Of a stretch of DNA of 64,000 nucleotides, positions 62,672-64,000 are shown in pieces. Source of the stretch: Ruditapes philippinarum (lineage: Eukaryota); assembly GCF_026571515.1 (NCBI RefSeq), contig NW_026864865.1, positions 62,001-126,000 of the forward strand, in the 5' to 3' direction. Numbering within the stretch: the first letter of the stretch is position 1; the number at the start of each line of letters is the position of its first letter. The position numbers were made by a program, and so were the translations under genes. The notes beneath the pieces were generated by a model. The model was not told the DNA's origin. It saw only the letters and a program-made list of their open reading frames with translations, and made no database searches.

Positions 62672-63666
62672 CGAGGGGTGTTCGGGAAGTTTAAGGACTT
62701 TTGCTGTATTTTTTCCTTAATGGTGCGTTTTATCCATATTTCACAAAATGTAATTTAAATATGTGCTCAATATGTAGTATAACGCTCACTAACAAGAATA
62801 GACAAATACCGCTCGAAACTTGTTTCTATAGAAACCGCATAACGCATAACGCATATACGGAGCACTCCGATTTTATCGTATTTAAGTTAATGGAACCGAT
62901 ATATTTAATTGATAATAATTTTTTAAATTACAATGGATAACGTCACGAAAAAGCACGAGCGTTAAATACATCGTCAACGTCATTTCCAGAAAATTCTACT
63001 TGTAAATCGTTACAATTGTTTGAATAACAACGGTTTTAACATCACTGGTGCTTACACAAATCAAGAGAAAAGTGAAGTCAATAAGTGACGTTGAAGTCAG
63101 GGCAATCATCAAGTTTTGTGTAGGAATAGAAAAGACAAAAACGGAGACCGTATAAAATGATTCAAGCATCTAGTACAACAAAGAAATGCTGTAGATCGCT
63201 AGTATTTAGATGGCACGACATGTTTCGAAAAGACAGAGAGTCAATAGAGGATGTCGACCATCGGTATTGAAAACTGGAGTAAAAGACCGGTTGGAATTAC
63301 AAAATAGTTTCGTCATTCGACAACATCTGGTACGAGGACACGTACGACAAATGGGTTAAGAGGCATAAAAAATGTATCGCTGTGAATGGAGATTACGTCG
63401 AGAAGTTAGTGTGTCGATATGACGATCGGGGAAATTTGACGTTAACATATTTAGCACTGACGTGACGTTAGCGTGCTCCGTATATGATGTTTTATATGTA
63501 TGTTTTGTTTTATTTGTAATTTACTTATTGTTTAATGTATTTCATTGTAATTTTTACAGCTGGCTGTAAAAGAATTAAATATTTTATGGTGTTTTTCTTT
63601 TTTTTTTCAATTCCTATTACTTATCAAACTACAGCAAAAGTCCTTAAACTTCCCGAGCACCCCTCG
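62672..63666 (+). mobile_element. Internally deleted mariner (Tc1/mariner) element, 995 bp
   Basis: TA TSD on both sides; 37-bp TIR CGAGGGGTG(T/C)TCGGGAAGTTTAAGGACTTTTGCTGTA; HTH remnant EVRAIIKFCV..K...ET.YKM...RSLVFRWH..F...RESIED fused to the C-terminus WY...YDKWVKRHKKCIAVNGDYVEK. Confidence 0.93.
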
Positions 63667-64000
63667 TATTGGATGACTGAAACCAGGTCATTTTAGTCTG
63701 AAAAAAGAATTTGCTTGCAAAAGGGAAAACAAGTCATTAAAATTTTAGATAATCATAAATCTGAATTACAGTCAAATAAATCGAACCTGATATATCTGAA
63801 ATGTACGTTTATGAAAACCATTAGTTAAGTTATATTTATGTTTCATTCTTTTATAATTGTTACTTTTATATATCATACACTTTAGTAACGAAACTATAAT
63901 TACGGACCTCGATTTTCGCTCATAATTTAATGCCGCGCATGCGCACGGTATATTTGAAATACAGTTGTTGATGTGAAAACGTAACTTCTGACTTTGCATT

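Overview
AT-rich eukaryotic genomic DNA, most likely a bivalve mollusc (inferred from the SINE, Helentron-type and RING-less TRIM families). There is one N-gap at 27915-28047. One host gene can be spliced together by hand on the minus strand from 30001 to at least 1210. It encodes two B-boxes, a coiled coil and a SPRYD3/RanBPM-type SPRY domain over at least 6 exons with consistent phases. One of its introns holds a three-level transposon nest. The outer element is a degenerate Ngaro-type tyrosine-recombinase retrotransposon (10281-24477, split direct repeats A1..B1-A2..B2). Unusually, its SGNH hydrolase ORF lies upstream of gag, and it has a 9-copy palindrome/spacer array behind the recombinase. 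The SGNH ORF is split at a TTAA by a 6.6-kb Kolobok DNA transposon (10814-17442), whose spliced ORF reads DDE transposase, YqaJ/lambda-exonuclease, linker, then a Spindlin-like Tudor domain. The Kolobok in turn carries a hAT MITE with an 8-bp TSD. The rest of the window is Helentron-associated (HINE) elements with internal tandem arrays, 5'-truncated LINEs, two tRNA-derived SINEs, foldback MITEs, a deleted mariner and a four-copy non-coding module. All calls come from manual reading; no database searches were run.
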